Source: Octopus sinensis (Eukaryota). Taken from it: a stretch of DNA of 64,000 nt. The stretch is taken from contig NC_043004.1 in assembly GCF_006345805.1 (NCBI RefSeq), forward strand, positions 79,980,001 to 80,044,000. Direction: 5' to 3'. The notes under the pieces are model-generated. The model ran no database searches, was not told where the DNA came from, and saw nothing but the letters and a program-made list of their open reading frames with translations. How positions within the stretch are numbered: the stretch's first letter is position 1; each line of letters opens with the position of its first letter. Below, piece after piece: positions 27,441-39,019 of the stretch. The position numbers were made by a program, and so were the translations under genes.

Positions 27441-28780
27441 CTCAGCATTAAAAGAAAACAAAATACAAGCATTACTCATAAAAAAAAAATCACATGCCAT
27501 CCCTCTTAAACACGAGCTGCGTACAAGTAGAGCCTTCACAATCACTCCAAGTATTATATTTCACTATCACCAAGGATCACTTCTGGCAAAAACACATCTT
27601 TAATATAGCTGCAACTGCATCCCAAGGACTGGCATTCCTTTTCTGAGACAGAAGATACACCTGTCCTTAACAACTGAAACTCTACAAAGCTTGAGTAAGG
27701 CACACAATAATGTTTTACTCCTACATGTAAGAGGGCACGCCCATGCTGCCCATAGAGGTGTCCTTAACTGGATCTAGAAAAGAGCCACCTGACTGACTGG
27801 CACAGAGTTACTCATAGACATGCTCCAGACTCCAGCCCACAGGTCACAATGTCTTCTCGCTTTACATTTTCTGCTGCTACCATAATGGCCTCTGCTCTGT
27901 GGCACTAGCTGGGCTCAATGAAGAATTTAATAAAATAGATTTGCCATTATTAAGTTGATGTTTGGCACATAAACCAACGTGGAATTTTGATGAAAGACTG
28001 TGATTTAGATCACTTTAAAGCAAGAAATTTTTATCATAGAATCAAGGATAACCTCATGTAGGTTAGTATGGAAAGGGTTAAGCTGGGTGTTTGGAACATA
28101 ACATGAAAATTTGATGCAAGGCTCTTTAAAATGGGAAATTTGTATTATAGACCCAGAGGCAGTCTCAGGCAAGTCCATATCAAAAGGGTTAAAAAGAGTG
28201 ATAAAAATATTGAAACAGGATGATCAATAGCTTAAGATTGTATCCTTTTTTCACTCAAACTAACCGAAAAAAGATCTAAATTTTATTTTACTCTCTCATA
28301 ATATTTATAGATAAGGTGACAATCTGGCAGGGTTCTTAGCACCCTGGACAAAATGCTTAGTGATATTTCATCTGGTTTTATATTTTGAGGTCAAATTACC
28401 AGAAGGTCAACTTTGCTTTTCATCTCTTCAAGGTTGATGAAATGACTAACAGTTAAGCACCGGGGACAATGTCATCGACTATCCCCATCCTGAAGAATTT
28501 CAGGCCTTGCGCCAAATTTTAAAGCCAATATTTCATTATGGGTCAATGCCATGCAAAATGCTTAATGGCATTTCATCCGTCTTTGCATTCTGAGTTTAAA
28601 ATTCCACTGAGGTTGACTTTACCTTTCATCCTTTCAGAATTAATGAGCTAACTACTTGTTGAACACATGGGTTGATTACATCAACTAGCCACCCACTCCT
28701 ATTGCCTAGACTAGAAAGGAATGTTTATACATAAGACCATCTTCATTCATCGTTGTTGTTTTTTTTATTTTGTTATTCAG

Positions 28781-29040
28781 GTGGACTCACAGTCTCTCAT
28801 CGATGCCCTGACCACTCGTACTATCTTCACCCGTGGTGACAGCGTCACATCTACAATGGGTACAGCTGCCTCTGTTGATGTCAGAGATGCCTTTGTGAAG
28901 GGCATCTATGGCCGCATGTTTGTTTGGATCGTTGATAAGATTAACGAGGCCATTTACAAACCTACCATTTCACCAAGTCATTACAGAACTAGTATTGGGG
29001 TCTTGGATATATTTGGATTTGAGAACTTTGATCATAATAG
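28781..29040 (+). CDS. MYO7A: Myosin VIIa exon with switch II: [14 protein letters not shown]...[14 protein letters not shown]
   Basis: ttattcAG / GTaagg, 260 nt. Confidence 0.96.
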
Positions 29041-29625
29041 GTAAGGACAATGTTTACTTGACGTTCTGTTGTTTTCACCCTTCAGCATTTAAACCAATCA
29101 TATTACACCCAGAAATTCTACCCATTTTATGCTCAAACCAGCCAGATCTGGTCTCTTACACCTACCTTACAATATCCTTCTAAAATTAAACAATCACATC
29201 ATCAATATCTTGAAGCTACAAGATAATCCATGATTAATTCAAAACAATGTGAATAAAGAAGATTACATTTGACAGGATAACTTGAATGCTAAAGGATTAA
29301 AAAGAAAAGAACAGTCTCAAAGATTATGTATACGAGTGTGCATATTTGAGTGTATTTACCATCATAATTGGTTTAACATCCACTTTTCCATGGTTGCATG
29401 GGTTAGATGGAATTTGTTGAGGCAGGTTTTCTACAGCCAGATTCCCTTACCTGTTTCCATATAAGGTAATATTTTTCTATAGGAAAACTTTTTATCATGG
29501 AAGAGTGGAAACAAAGGATACTGCTTATATGATAGTGATGTTCATTTAAAACTAACATGTGATATCAAAACAAATGGACTGTAACAACCACATATACATA
29601 CAGACACATATATATGTGTGTGTTT

Positions 29626-30125
29626 ATTGAAGATATTGGAGTCAAGGAGGAGTACAGGTGGACATTTATTTATTATTTACTACAATTGTTTTGATGCAAC
29701 GTAGTTTTCCAAGAATACATGTATTTGATTATGCAACTGTTTGTTTGCATAATGAGATCTAGTTGTGTTTCCTCAGGTGATATTTGCGCGTTGTGTCTGT
29801 TAGTTTAAAATCATCGACTTCAAGGCTGTCTTCTCTGTTCGTTGCGATTTGAATTCAGTAGTGGCTGATAGACCCATGGCGTTTGCTGCTACTAAATTCA
29901 AGTCATGACAAACAGAGGCATCAGTCTTGAAGTCAATGATTTTAAACCAATGGAGACAACACTCGTATATCATCTGAGGAAATACAACTAGATCTCATTA
30001 TGCAAACAAACAGTTGCATAATCAGATTCATGTATTTTTGGAGAACTACGTTGTGTCAAAACGATTGTAGTAAATTATAAATAAATGTCCAACTATACTC
30101 CTTCTTTGATTCCAATTTCTTCAAT
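29626..30125. repeat. About 500-bp fold-back element
   Basis: Arms are reverse complements about a centre near 29875. Confidence 0.85.
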
Positions 30126-30257
30126 TTTACATTCACATGTGATGAATGCCCAAGCTTAAACTTGGAAATATATAATAATACTACCGATAGTCCTGTGTAA
30201 TTCTGAAGGTGGTCGGGCTGTATACTGTACTTTACCACATTCCTAATGGAATATAAC

Positions 30258-30289
<32 letters not shown>

Positions 30290-31924
30290 ATATATCATCA
30301 TCATCGTTTAACGTCCGCTTTCCATGCTAGCATGGATTGGACGATTTTGACTGAGGGCTGGCGAACCAGATGGCTGCACCAGGCTCCAATCTTGATCTGG
30401 CAGAGTTTCCACAGCTGGATGACCTTCCTAACGCCAACCACTCCAAGAATGTAGTGGGTGCTTTTTACATGCCACCGGCACGGGGGCCAGTCAGATGTTA
30501 CTGGCAATGACCTCGCTCGAATCTTCTTACACGTACCACCAGCACAGGTGCCAGTGAAGCGACGTTGGTAACGCCTTTTAAATTTACTGTCATTTAATAA
30601 TGTTATTTACTGTTATTGCAATATCTCTTTATGACCTTACTTTGTTTTGCCATCATTTAATAATTAAACTTCAGAACTAATTGATAAATGAATTATTGAT
30701 TGCATTTAATTACTAAATCTAAAGCAGCTGTTATACTAATTGTTTGACAGAAATGAACAACAGTGTTCCAATAGCCATTTTAATGTGAATTGGTTCCCGG
30801 AGAATAATCAATAAAAATGTGGAAACTAAGATCAGATCTGAAAATAAAAGTTAATTCAGGGAAATATTTATAATCTGAGATACTCCCTGACACCCCATCA
30901 CCACCACCCGCTCCTTTTCCAGTTGGAGTTAAAGATGTATTTCCCCTCCAGCAACACGTCTGTTCTTGTCCCTCTGTCACATTTTAATTTTTTAACTCCT
31001 GGCATAAAGCTATCCCCTTCAATACTTACTCCCTTGCCTCGGTTGAGTGAGACTTGTCTTGTGTGTTACTCGGTAACCTCTCTAGTGTTGGTGCCACATA
31101 AAAAGCACCCAGTACAACCTGTGAAGTAGTTGGTGTTGGGAAGGGCATCCAGTGATAGAAGCCATGCCAAAGAAGACATTGGAGTTTGATGCAGTCCTCT
31201 AGCTTCCTGGCGCCTTTTGAACCATCCAACTCCTACCAGCATTGAAAGCAGACAGACAGAAGGAGAAGAGGATGATGATGATGCTGTAGTAGTAGTAGCA
31301 GCAGCAACAGCAGCAGTAGTAGTAGCAGCAGCTGTTCAAGAATTTGGACCTAGAGATCTCCATTTCCAGAGACTTCAAGGGCCACCTCCCAGTGGTGTCG
31401 AGTGTCAACAAAGAGCCCTCGACTACAACAAGACGACCAAAGTTTTTTTTTTCCAAGGTCTGGGGTCTCCTTCCCCTAAGCCCTAGGTCATTACCTAATC
31501 ACCCCTACCCGTCTTGTTGCTTAACAACAACAGCAGCAGCAGCATTGCATGTATTTCCTATATACATACGGTATATGGTGCTAAAGTACTGTAAATTTAA
31601 AATAAAACATAAATGAAGTACCAACACTTTTGTAACTTTTGGGACACCCTGTATTTAACCTACCTGATATCAGTGTTTTGATTAGCACTGTCTCTCCAAG
31701 TGCATTCAAGTTGGTGTTCCTAAGCTACTCCAAAGATTGAACCCAAAGCCCTTGATTTGCTAACTTTGTGTGATCTTCTAACCTATTGTCCTGAATGCTA
31801 TTTTTAAGGTACCTTTCAAGTATTCATCTCTGTAGTATTTTTTTTATATCTTTAATGGAGACAAATGCTTAATAGTAATTCTTAAAAGTACCTCTTAAAA
31901 AATGACATTGTTTTTTGCCAAGAG

Positions 31925-32555
31925 AAATCATCATCATCATCATCCTCATCATCGTTTAACGTCCGCTTTCCATCCTAGCATGGGTTGGACGAATGACTGA
32001 TGGCTGGCGAACCAGATGGCTGCACCAGGCTTCAATCTTGATCTGGCAGAGTTTCAACAGCTGGATGCCCTTCCTAACGCCAACCACTCTGAGATTGTAG
32101 TGGGTGCTTTTATGTGCTACCAGCATGGGGCCAGTCAGGCGGTACTGGCAATGACCTCGCTTGAATCTTTTACACATGCCACCGGCACAGGTGCCAGTAA
32201 GGTGATGCTGGTAATGATCACGCTCGAATGGTGTCTTTAGTAGGGTGCTAAGAGCACCATTCGAGCATGATCGTTGCCAGAGCAGTCAACTGGCTTCCAT
32301 GCCAGTGGCACGTAAAAGGGCACTATTCGAGCGAGGTCATTGCCAGGTACCCAACCTGACTGGCCCCCGTGCCGGTGGACCTAAAAAGCACCCACTACAC
32401 CTCTTGGAGTGGTTGCGTTAGGAGGGCATCCAGCTGTAGAAACTCTGCCAGATCAAGAATTGAGGGGCCTGGTGCAGCCATCTGGTTTGCCAGTCCCTCA
32501 GTCAAACTCGCCAACCCATGCTAGCATGGAAAGCGGACGTTAAACATTGAATGAT
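31925..32555. mobile_element. Two RTE 3' UTR fragments joined head-to-head as an inverted repeat
   Basis: Arms symmetric about 32244, (GAT)n tails pointing outward. Confidence 0.8.
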
Positions 32556-32691
32556 GATTAAGATTGTTGTTCTTGCTGTTTAATAAACCTTCTCTAAGCT
32601 GTTTTATGATAATTGTTAAATTAAAAATGGTGGACAGAAATTTGCTCACTAATTAAGTTAAATGTCATTAATTATTTGTTTTTTATTTCAG

Positions 32692-32770
32692 CTTTGAACA
32701 GATGTGTATCAACTATGCCAATGAAAATCTCCAACAGTTTTTTGTACAGCATATCTTCAAGTTGGAACAG
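32692..32770 (+). CDS. MYO7A: Myosin VIIa exon (relay helix): [26 protein letters not shown]
   Basis: tttcAG / GTaaat, 79 nt. Confidence 0.94.
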
Positions 32771-33324
32771 GTAAATACCATCTTAATGTCTGTTTATTCC
32801 ATTTACAAATATTACGTTGCTTGGATGTGATGGTTTAATTCTTACACTGGACTCGTAGTTGAAGCTCTGTTTCCATTGTGCCGTGTAAAGAGCAGTGATG
32901 CTGGCACTGCATAATAAGCACCAGGTACACTCTGTAAAGTGGTTGGCTTTAGGAAGGGCGTCCATCTGTGGAAACCATGCCAAAGCTGACCGTTGGAACC
33001 TGGTGTAGGTCTCCAGTCTTGCCAGCTCCTTTCAAACCCTCCAACCCATGCCAGCATGGAAAATGGACGTTAAATGATGATGATAACTTGCATGCATGTG
33101 CATGCTACAGGCTTTTGGACATATTCTGTTTACCAAATTCCACTCACAATGCACTGGTCAATCCAGGTGAATGATAGAAGAGTCCTGCACCAAAATGTTG
33201 CTATACAGGTGGTCCAAATCTGGAAGCATGGTTTCCAAGAGAACTTTGCATCTGCACAGTCATGTCTGCACCCATAATAAGCAAACTTGCAAACAACAGT
33301 CTTTAAATGATAAATATTCTTTAA

Positions 33325-33529
33325 CCGTTTAGCATTCAGATTATTCTGTCAAATGTAATATTTAATCACATTATTTCTTAATTAGTTGTGTATTATTCCA
33401 AAGCTTTGAAGCTTTGATTGTTTGTTCTTAGAACCCCATAGGTTAGGTGCAAGAGGCTGGATCTGACCAGTTTGAACATAAAATGATAGAATATTTGAGC
33501 TGGATTTGGCCACTTTAAATGCTAAAGGG
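33325..33529. mobile_element. piggyBac-type MITE family 2
   Basis: TTAA|CCGTTTAGCATT...AATGCTAAAGGG|TTAA. Confidence 0.75.
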
Positions 33530-34144
33530 TTAAATCATTCTATATTTCAACTTGATACATCTCTCACAATTTCGATACATTATGCCTACTTCTCTCTCTC
33601 TCTGTGGGACTGAACCTGAAACTATGTGGTTAGGAAGCACACATCTTTACCACACACCACTGCTGGACATTCAATGATGATAATCGTGCTGGTGGCACAT
33701 AATAAACATCATTCAGGTGTGGGTCGATGCCAGTGCCACCTGACTGGCTCCCTGTGCCAGTGATATGTAAAAAGCACCATCCAAATGTGGTCGATGCCAG
33801 TGCCCCCAGACTGGCTCCCATACCAGTGGCATGGTAAAAGCACCCACTAAACTCTTTGAGTGGTTGGCATTAGGAAGGACATCAAGCTGTAGAAACCTTT
33901 CCAGATCAGATTGGAGCCTGGTGCAGCTTCTTGGCTTGCCAGCCCTCAGTCAAACCATCCAACCCATGCCAGCATGGAAAGTGGATGTTAAACGATGATA
34001 ATGATGAGGATGTTGATTTTAACTCCATTTGTAAAAAAAAACAAAAAAGACAAAGCATAAATATTTCAACTCCATTAACTGATAAACGACTGCCTTAGTA
34101 ATAACAGTTGTTTTGAAAACTATATCCATTTTTTTAATTTCCAG

Positions 34145-34276
34145 GAAGAATACAACAGTGAAGGCATCAACTGGCAGCATATTGAATTTGTTGATAACCA
34201 GGATGCTCTTGATCTGATTGCTGTGAAACCAATGAATTTGATCTCTTTGATTGATGAAGAAAGTAAATTTCCCAAG
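34145..34276 (+). CDS. MYO7A: Myosin VIIa exon: [25 protein letters not shown]...DEESKFPK
   Basis: ttcccAG / GTaaga, 132 nt. Confidence 0.95.
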
Positions 34277-34927
34277 GTAAGATGATAAAACATTAATCAT
34301 ATTCTTTAGTCCCAAGTCAGCCCAGTCCTCAGTCAAACCATCCAACCCATGCCAGCATGGAAAATGGACGTTAAACGATGAGTAGTGATAGAAAAGACAC
34401 AGAGAGAAGACTGCATCTCTGTGCTTATCCTGTATTTTAGTAAATGCAAGACTTATTTTTCTAGTGTGTTTTTATCATTCTTTGAAGATACCAGGGAGTG
34501 ATCCTAAAAGATTTGACTGCTATTTCTAGCAGCTTGAGTGACTGCATAGTGCCTTGCTCATTGGATAATTCAAACATTAATGTGTAACATCGGTTGCTGT
34601 CAGCTAAAGTTAATTACTTTCTCCCCTGTCATTTTTATTACCATATTTTTGTTGAAATATTCTGACATTGTTTCATTCAATATTGAAAATAAAGAATTTA
34701 GTAAAATAATTTTGTCATTTTTAAGCTGGTTTCTGAAACATAAACATGAAATTTTGATGTAGGGTTTTAAATTAGATCACTCTAAACCTTTTGTTAACAA
34801 ATTTCTGTTAAAATACTCTGCCTTTGTTTAATTAATTTTGCAAAGAATGAAGAATTTAGTAAAATAACTCATTATTAAGCTAGTATTTGGAACATAAATT
34901 AATGTGAAATTTTGACACAAGGTTTAA

Positions 34928-35141
34928 CCCTTTTGATACCAACCTGGCCAAAACCGCTTCTGGCTCTGTAGTACAAATGTCTTACTTTCCTAAGTATTGA
35001 ATTAAAATCTTCCGCCAAACCTTAGTCACAATTTATGTTCCTAACACTAGCTTAACAAAGTTCTTTTACAAAATTCTTTGTTATATTTAAAATTAATTGA
35101 ATGAAACAGAGCATCTCAACAGAAATACGGTGACTAAAGGG
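34928..35141. mobile_element. piggyBac-type MITE family 1, nested in older related MITE sequence
   Basis: TTAA|CCCTTT...AAAGGG|TTAA. Confidence 0.8.
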
Positions 35142-35312
35142 TTAAATTTGATCACATTGAAACCAAAAGTTCATATCATGGAACTAAGAGCAGTCTCAGA
35201 CAGGTTAATGCACCCTGTTTCCTTTATTTGAATCCTACAAACAAGGTACCATATGCTACATGAACTTTCAGACCCTATTTTCTTTACAATTTATTTCTGT
35301 TTGTTTCTTCAG

Positions 35313-35448
35313 GGAACAGACTCGACTCTGTTGAGTAAACTCCACCAACAACATGGCAACAACAGCAACTATCTACGAGCCAAATCAGAAATCAGTATGG
35401 TGTTTGGTCTCAACCACTTTGCAGGAGTCGTCTTTTATGATACCAGAG
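35313..35448 (+). CDS. MYO7A: Myosin VIIa exon: [15 protein letters not shown]...[11 protein letters not shown]
   Basis: ttcttcAG / GTaggt, 136 nt. Confidence 0.95.
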
Positions 35449-35693
35449 GTAGGTTTTATTGTTTAATTAGCTGCATTATTACTGTCTTTGCTAATCTTTC
35501 ACAACTGCACTTGGCTGCGTGGTTAAGAAGATTACTCTCTAGCCATATGTTTCTGAGTTTAGTTCCACTTTGTGGCACCTTGGGTCTTCTGTTATAGTTT
35601 CAAACTGGCCTAAACTTTGTAAGTAGATTTGGTAGACAGAAATTGTAAAAGGAATCCATTGTATGTATATACAGTTTGATTTAGCTAGTTACA

Positions 35694-35814
35694 AGCTCAT
35701 TACTGCCTGATGAAATGGTATGGTTCCATAATAATGTAAAGTTATGTAATAGTATGTAATGTTATGGAATAAATGATTTAACTATGGAAACAAGTGTGGC
35801 AAAACATTTGAGCT
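35694..35814 (+). ncRNA. Degenerate hammerhead motif with extended stems (GUG at the cleavage site)
   Basis: AGCUCA..UGC CUGAUGA [UUCCAUA/UAUGGAA stem] GAAA CAAGU GUG GCA..UGAGCU. Confidence 0.5.
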
Positions 35815-37161
35815 ATCCATTCTTTTTACAGGTAGATAGCCATCCTGTTGCTAACCCTTACTTGTTTTTCAAGTAAGGGATCTTTTATTTCACATATTGA
35901 AAGTGCAAAGCAAATGGACTATTCTGTTGATCGAAGTGACTCCAGCACTGCTTGGAACTCAAAAAGTTTTGCAGAGGACAGATGTAAACGAGGACACATG
36001 CATGCATGTGTAAGAATATATGTATGTGTGTATATACACACATTGATATACGCATGTATTGGTCTTCTTTGAGTTTCTGACTACCAAATTCACTGACAAG
36101 TCTCTGGTCAGCTTGGGATAATAGTAGAAGACATTTGCTGTCCAGTAGGACTGACCCTGAAACCATACAATCGTATATATGCCTGTGCTTTTGTTTACAA
36201 GGAGATTGTATGGAAGTTGCTTCAAGTGGAATGGTTTTTGGCAACTCAAACATGCAACAAACGAAGCCGATGATTTCCTCTGTTGTACATCTTTTGAAGT
36301 TTTGCGTATAATTCAGAGCATTGATTGGTTGATTGTATCTTACTTAAAGATGAACTTCATCATCATTTAAAGTCCATTGTTCATGTTGGCATGGGTTGGA
36401 CAGTTTGACTGGGCTGGAATGCTGGAAGGCTGCGATAGGATCCAGTCTGATTTAGCATGGTTTTCTACAGCTGGATACCCTTCCTAACGCCAATCACTCC
36501 GAGAGTGTAATGGGTGCTTTTATGTGCCACTGGCACAGGTGCCATTTGTGTGACACCAGTATCTGCCATGACTGATTTTGCTTGTCTTGATGGGTCTTCT
36601 TCCAAAGTACAACATAAGGCCAAAGGTCTTGATCATTGCCTCTGTGAGACCCAACATTCGAAAGGAGCTCGGCCAATTTGCCTCCATGAGGCCTAATGCT
36701 TGAACTCAGCCATCTCACTTCCTTGAGGCCCGTTCTGTTAAAATATGTTTGTGACATATTTCAATTTCTAAAGGCAAATTCACTGCAGTTACCCTAGCAG
36801 ACGTATAATTCTACTGAAGTTAGATAACCCTAGGCAGATGCAAAACTGTAAGTCTAGCTGCGGTTAGGAGTAAATGAACATTAGGTCAGTTAAAATATAT
36901 TTTTGACATATTTTAACTGCAGCTACCATAAAAAAAAGAAAATCTCTCTTGTGGTAAAAGGTGGTAAAAGATAATTAACCTCTTCAATTCATGGTGGAGT
37001 TGATGATATTTAAGCACATTCACCTTTAAAACAATACCCACAACAAATCCTGGAATTGTCCGAATTTGTAGAACCCTAAAATTTCTCGTTTGTAAATAAC
37101 AAATTATTATTGCTTTCGTTTGTTTTAATTGCTTATGGTTTTTCTTAATTTTATTTTTAAT

Positions 37162-37329
37162 TTTTAGGATTCTTGGAAAAAAATCGTGACACTTTTAGTG
37201 TGGATCTGATACACTTGATCCAAACGTCATCGAATGCATTCCTTATTTTAGGATTCTTGGAAAAAAATCGTGACACTTTTAGTGTGGATCTGATACACTT
37301 GATCCAAACGTCATCGAATGCATTCCTTA
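37162..37329 (+). repeat. Perfect 2 x 84-bp tandem duplication spanning a splice acceptor
   Basis: 37162-37245 identical to 37246-37329. Confidence 0.95.
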
Positions 37330-37358
37330 CCGACCTCTTTGTTTCTGAAGTCACCATG
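37252..37358 (+). CDS. MYO7A: Myosin VIIa exon: (G)FLEKNRDTFSVDLIHLIQTSSNAFLTDLFVSEVTM; alternative in-frame acceptor at 37168
   Basis: 107 nt from the inner AG, or 191 nt from the AG at 37166-37167 because of an 84-bp duplication; donor GTaata. Confidence 0.88.
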
Positions 37359-37377
37359 GTAATATTTGTTTACTCTT

Positions 37378-37789
37378 TCTCTACTCTTTTACTTGTTTCA
37401 GTCATCTGACTGTGGCCATGCTGGAGCACCACCTTTAGTCAAGCAAATTGACCTAGGACTTATTCTTTGTAAGCTTAGTACTTATTCTATCGGTCTCGTT
37501 TGCCGAACCGCTAAGTTACGGGGGACGTAAACACACCAGCATCGGCTGTCAAGCGATGTTGGGGGGACAAACACAGACACACAAACATATATACACACAC
37601 ATACATATATATATATATACATATATACGACGGGCTTCTTTCAGTTTCCGTCTACCAAATCCACTCACAAGGCTTTGGTCGGCCCAAAGCTATAATAGAG
37701 GACACTTGCCCAAGGTGCCATGTAGTGGGACTGAACCCAGAACCATGTGGTTCGTAAGTGAGCTACTTACCACAGCCACTCCTACGCCT
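37378..37789 (-). mobile_element. SINE family A, full-length copy just downstream of the duplicated exon
   Basis: Consensus match including head, microsatellite and tail. Confidence 0.8.
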
Positions 37790-37810
37790 GTAAAAAGAGT
37801 AAATAATTGA

Positions 37811-37892
37811 CGTCGCCAGTAGGATTCGAACCTACGTGGGGAAACCCCAATGGATTTTTAGTTCATCGCCGTAACCACTCAGCCACGATGAC
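37811..37892 (-). tRNA. tRNA-Ser(AGA)-type gene copy, probably a pseudogene, anticodon now AAA
   Basis: 82 nt; A box TGGCTGAGTGG, B box GTTCGAATC; long variable arm TGGGG-TTT-CCCCA; G73; T5 run about 13 nt downstream; mismatches in acceptor and anticodon stems. Confidence 0.85.
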
Positions 37893-38271
37893 TTCCTTTA
37901 AAGAAATTTTGTTTTGAAAAATGTACAATTCATGAATTTGATCATTCTAATACAGCTCGACCATTTTGTCAGCATTTTCATCAAAAATATGTTGCGTTTG
38001 TTGCCATCAATTTTGAAGATAAAAAAGAAATTACTAGCATTTACATGAATTAACTCAAAATTTTTAAGGAGGGTTTTAATCGAGATCAATTATAAAAGCA
38101 TTGCACATTAGTAAAATTAACCGTTTTGATACCAACCTGCCTGAGATTGCCCTTGGTTTGGTGATACAAACTTCCTAATTTAAAGTGATTTGAATTGAAA
38201 TCTTTCATAAAAATTTCACACTAATTTATGTTCCAAACAGCAGTCTTTTTTGCAAAATTCATTATTTTCGA

Positions 38272-38640
38272 AGGAGGCAAGCTGGCAGAAACGTTAGCAT
38301 GCCAGGCAAAATGCTTAGCAGTATATCATCTGCCGTTACATTCTGAGTTCAAATTCCGCCGAGTTCGACATTGCCTTTCATCCTTTCGGGGTTGATAAAT
38401 TAAGTACCAGTTATGCACTGGGGTCGATGTCTGTCCTTGTTTGTCCCCTCTATGTTTAGCCCCTTGTGGGTAATAAAGAAATAAGAAATGTTAACATGCC
38501 AGGCGAAATGTTTAGCGGTATTTCGTCTGTCTTTACATTCTCAGTTCAAATTCTCCCGAGGTCGACTTTGCCTTTCATCCTTTCAGAGTCGATAAATTAA
38601 GTACAAGTTGTGTACTGGGGTTGATCTGGTCGACTGGCCC
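38272..38640 (+). mobile_element. Two tandem SINE family B copies
   Basis: ggcaagctggcagaaacgttagc..ctgagttcaaattcc..ggggtcgat; further copies at 17965-18670 (cluster), 24645-24850, 26675-26900 (minus), 28320-28700. Confidence 0.75.
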
Positions 38641-38881
38641 TGAAAAAAAAAAAAAATCATTATTTTCAAAATTCCTTGAAAAAAGAGAAGTGCATTTCAT
38701 CTGAAATATATTAAGGGAAAGATTAAGAAATAAGTTATAATGTTCTGATAAAGAAAATTCTGATTCCAAAATATATTCATAGGATCAGTAGTAAAATATT
38801 TAGAAAAATTATTGAATGGAAATTTTTACTTCATTTTTTTCTTTAATTCATTTGTTATAAATGTATTTCTTTGATTTAAAG

Positions 38882-39019
38882 GGAAACGAAACAAGGAAAA
38901 GAGCACCTACTTTAGGGGCCCAGTTTAAGAAATCCCTGGATTCATTAATGAGGACACTCAGCAGCTGCCAACCTTTCTTTGTGAGATGCATCAAACCAAA
39001 TGACTACAAGAAACCACAT
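38882..39019 (+). CDS. MYO7A: Myosin VIIa exon (loop 2 region): [19 protein letters not shown]...[14 protein letters not shown]
   Basis: tttaaAG / GTaagt, 138 nt. Confidence 0.95.

Noticed and set aside
31200-31616. Poly-Ala/Val/Cys ORFs
   Set aside because: (GCA/GTA)n repeats; no splice-compatible frame with the flanking exons.
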